Shown: positions 60,025-64,000 of the stretch, piece after piece
Position numbering within the stretch: position 1 is the first letter of the stretch
Layout: every line of letters begins with the position of its first letter
Assembly (NCBI RefSeq): GCF_000430045.1
Contig: NZ_KE387026.1
Span: 74,844 to 138,843, forward strand
Direction of reading: 5' to 3'
Source of the DNA: Calidithermus chliarophilus DSM 9957
Lineage (GTDB): Bacteria > Deinococcota > Deinococci > Deinococcales > Thermaceae
Length of the DNA stretch: 64,000 nucleotides
Notes under the pieces: generated by a model
What the model was told of the DNA's origin: nothing
The model's input: only the letters and a program-made list of their open reading frames with translations
Database searches by the model: none
Translations under genes and position numbers: made by a program

Positions 60025-60570
60025 TTACCAGGACAGCGCGAGGGGCGTGTCAGGAAAAGCCAGGGGAGCTACCGGCTCGGCGGGGTCGTGATCCAAACGG
60101 GACAGGTAACGGCTGCCCTTGGGCTGGCGGTAGACCTCGACCCGGTAGGCCTCAGGGTTTACGATCCAGACCTCGGGGATGCCTGCCTTCGCGTACACGG
60201 CCAGCTTTTTGCGGTCGTCCTCGAGGGTGGTTACGGCGACCTCGAGCACGAGGTACACGTCCTGAGCCTGGGGGTGTTCATGGCGATAATCGGCCACTCG
60301 GATCAGGGCCAGGTCGGGCTGAGGCATGGAGTGCTGGCCCAAACGGAGGGGGTTCTGGGTGCTAACCAGGGCCCTGCCCCGGAAATTCTCGTAGAGCGCG
60401 TCCTGAAACTTGCGTACCAGCGTGGCGTGAAGCGGTCCTATGGCCGGCATCTCGTAGACGACTCCCTCGATGAGTTCATAGCGTTTGTCCGGCGGCAAGT
60501 TCAGGCGGTAGAAGTCTTCCACCGTCAATTTGTAGCGACGGGATGGAGTCTGAGGCTCACGTACCGCCAT
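60025..60570 (-). CDS. Uma2-family endonuclease (DUF820, restriction-endonuclease-like fold)
   Basis: YELIEGVVYEMPAIGPLHATLV...DLALIRVAD...YLVLEVAVTT...YAKAGIPEVWIVNPE matches the Uma2 pattern. Confidence 0.75.
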   Translation of the reverse strand: MAVREPQTPSRRYKLTVEDFYRLNLPPDKRYELIEGVVYEMPAIGPLHATLVRKFQDALYENFRGRALVSTQNPLRLGQHSMPQPDLALIRVADYRHEHPQAQDVYLVLEVAVTTLEDDRKKLAVYAKAGIPEVWIVNPEAYRVEVYRQPKGSRYLSRLDHDPAEPVAPLAFPDTPLALSW

Positions 60571-60587
60571 GGGCTCAGTCTACCCCC

Positions 60588-61529
60588 TCAGCCTAGGAGG
60601 TGGTACAGCAGCGCCTTCTGGGCGTGCAGGCGGTTCTCGGCCTGGTCGAAGACCCGGCTCTTGGGGTGCAGGGTGGCCTCCTCCACGACCTCCTCGCCGT
60701 AGTGGGCGGGCAGGCAGTGCAGGAAGATGCCGTCCGGGGCGATGAGCTCGAGCATGGCCGGGGTCACCTGGAAGCCGGCGAAGTCCTTGATCTTGCGGCG
60801 CTGGCTGGCCTCCTGCTCCTGGCCCATGCTCACCCACACGTCGGTGTAGAGCACCTGCGCGCCCTCGGCGGCCTCGAGGGGGTCGTTGGTGAGGGTGACG
60901 TCGGCGCCGCGCTGCAGGGCGTCGAGGAGGATGACGGCGTTGGGCTCGTAGCCGCGCGGGGTGGCGATGGTGAGCTTGGCCCCCGAGAGCACCGCGCACT
61001 GGATGTGGGCGTTGGCCATGTTGTTGCCGTCGCCGATGTAGGCCACGCGCAGGCCCCGGGTGTCGGGGAAGGACTCCTCGATGGTCTGGTAGTCGGCCAT
61101 GAGCTGCACGGGGTGGAGCAGGTCGGAGAGGCCGTTGATGACGGGCTTGCGCGAATAGCGGGCGAGCTCCTCGAGCGTCGAGTGCAGGTAGACCCGCGCC
61201 ATGATGCCCTCCACCCAGCGCTCGAGGTTGAGCGCGATGTCGCGCACGGGCTCGCGCGTGCCCAGCCCGATCTCGGCGTTGGTGAGGTTGACGGCGTGCC
61301 CGCCGAGGTGGTTCATGGCTACCTCGAAGGTGGTGCGGGTGCGTAAGGAGGGCTTCTCGAAGATCATCGCCAGGGTCTGGCCCTCGAGGGGGCGCTGGCC
61401 CTTGAACTCGCCACGCTTCATGGCGTGGGCGGTGTCGAGCACCGCGCGGTATTCCTGGGGCGAGAGGTCGAGGTTGGAGAGGAAGTCGCGGCCTTTCAAG
61501 CTCTGCACGGGTTTGAGGGTTTCAACCAC
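60588..61529 (-). CDS. argF: Ornithine carbamoyltransferase
   Basis: STRTRTTFEVAM, HPVQLMADY, HCLPAHYGEE motifs; GTG start ~61529 chosen. Confidence 0.85.
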   Translation of the reverse strand: MVETLKPVQSLKGRDFLSNLDLSPQEYRAVLDTAHAMKRGEFKGQRPLEGQTLAMIFEKPSLRTRTTFEVAMNHLGGHAVNLTNAEIGLGTREPVRDIALNLERWVEGIMARVYLHSTLEELARYSRKPVINGLSDLLHPVQLMADYQTIEESFPDTRGLRVAYIGDGNNMANAHIQCAVLSGAKLTIATPRGYEPNAVILLDALQRGADVTLTNDPLEAAEGAQVLYTDVWVSMGQEQEASQRRKIKDFAGFQVTPAMLELIAPDGIFLHCLPAHYGEEVVEEATLHPKSRVFDQAENRLHAQKALLYHLLG

Positions 61530-61584
61530 AGGGTGCCTCCGGGGTGAACGCACACTTATGCGTCCAGAGAGCACGATTATACAA

Positions 61585-61620
61585 GCGATGGCCGATAGCC
61601 GATAGCTCGACAGCCGGACG
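61585..61620. repeat. GATAGC hexamer tract
   Basis: gatggccgatagccgatagctcgacagccgg. Confidence 0.5.
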
Positions 61621-61661
61621 CGAAACGCCGGCGGCTGCTCCCCGTGCTGCTCGAGCCCTGC

Positions 61662-63608
<1,947 letters not shown>

Positions 63609-63692
63609 AGGGCGTAGCCGGCGGCTACGAGAGCCTAGTGTACACCCGTTGCCCCGGGACAAGCGGCCGTGCGCTCACCCTAGGAAGCGGCG

Positions 63693-64000
63693 CTAGCGGA
63701 GGACCTCGAGCACGCTGTAGAGCCCGTCGCTGAGGGAGAGCTCGAGGTGGCCCCCGCCCGGCACGGCGTCCCGCGCGAACACCGCCCGGCCGCCCCGGAG
63801 CCCGGCCGAGAGGGTGGTGCGCCGGCCGTCTTCGGCGACGTGCACCAGAAGGGCGTGGGGGTAGTCTCGGTGGTTCCAGCTCAGCTCGAGGCGCTCAGGG
63901 GTGCGCTCGAGGGCCGCGCCCGTCGCCGGCACGCCGGCTTGCGGCCGGACCGGGGCCTCGCGGCGCAGGCGCACCTCCCCGCGCTCGAGCACCTCCACCG
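63693..64000 (-). CDS. C-terminal part of a protein whose gene continues beyond the window end
   Basis: Open minus-strand frame running to position 64000; product unknown. Confidence 0.3.
   Translation of the reverse strand, partial: VEVLERGEVRLRREAPVRPQAGVPATGAALERTPERLELSWNHRDYPHALLVHVAEDGRRTTLSAGLRGGRAVFARDAVPGGGHLELSLSDGLYSVLEVLR

Overview
This is a high-GC window from a Deinococcus-Thermus-like genome (Thermus/Meiothermus style), densely coding and studded with intergenic repeats.

Recognisable core genes are: murJ; sbcD-sbcC; a pyrimidine biosynthesis cluster (leader peptide, pyrR, pyrB, pyrC, with pyrD and a beta-carbonic anhydrase convergent); lon; miaB; argJ/argC/argF; a tRNA-Arg(CCT); a sugar ABC uptake set; and a MntR-regulated manganese ABC operon.

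The most distinctive part is a roughly 22-kb minus-strand catabolic supercluster, about 14.5 to 37 kb, for reductive pyrimidine degradation. It contains preT-preA-pydB, a cytosine-deaminase-like amidohydrolase, an M20 beta-ureidopropionase-like amidase, and a NitT/TauT-type ABC importer with two binding proteins and three permeases. It also holds a LysE exporter, a PucR-like regulator, DinB-like and DUF1905 proteins, and the beta-alanine branch (class-III aminotransferase plus mmsA). A shared upstream motif, GCAATGGACA-N2-GTGT, sits in front of three of its transcription units.

This cluster has been invaded by several elements:
- a MITE family (at least five copies in the window) with ATACCGG terminal inverted repeats and 3-bp TNA target duplications, often sitting on stop codons;
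- a hemerythrin gene bracketed by two MITE copies;
- a four-helix-bundle (TIGR02436-like) gene sitting inside an intergenic hairpin repeat;
- a frameshifted ParE/RelE toxin with its antitoxin.

A second, complex repeat family recurs at ten or more intergenic sites. It combines heptamer tandem tracts (ACGCMAG/GCGTYTG), a TTAGCAAGGGGGG...CCCTCCCCGCG hairpin module and GATAGC hexamer tracts.

Other oddities:
- two back-to-back tRNA-like genes with non-canonical anticodon loops, driven by a promoter that contains a perfect 18-bp palindrome, followed by a ~500-nt GC-rich non-coding region leading into an SPFH protein with a triplicated N-terminal module;
- a Uma2 endonuclease gene wedged between argC and argF;
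- two paralogous small beta-barrel outer-membrane proteins next to a repeat-domain lipoprotein.
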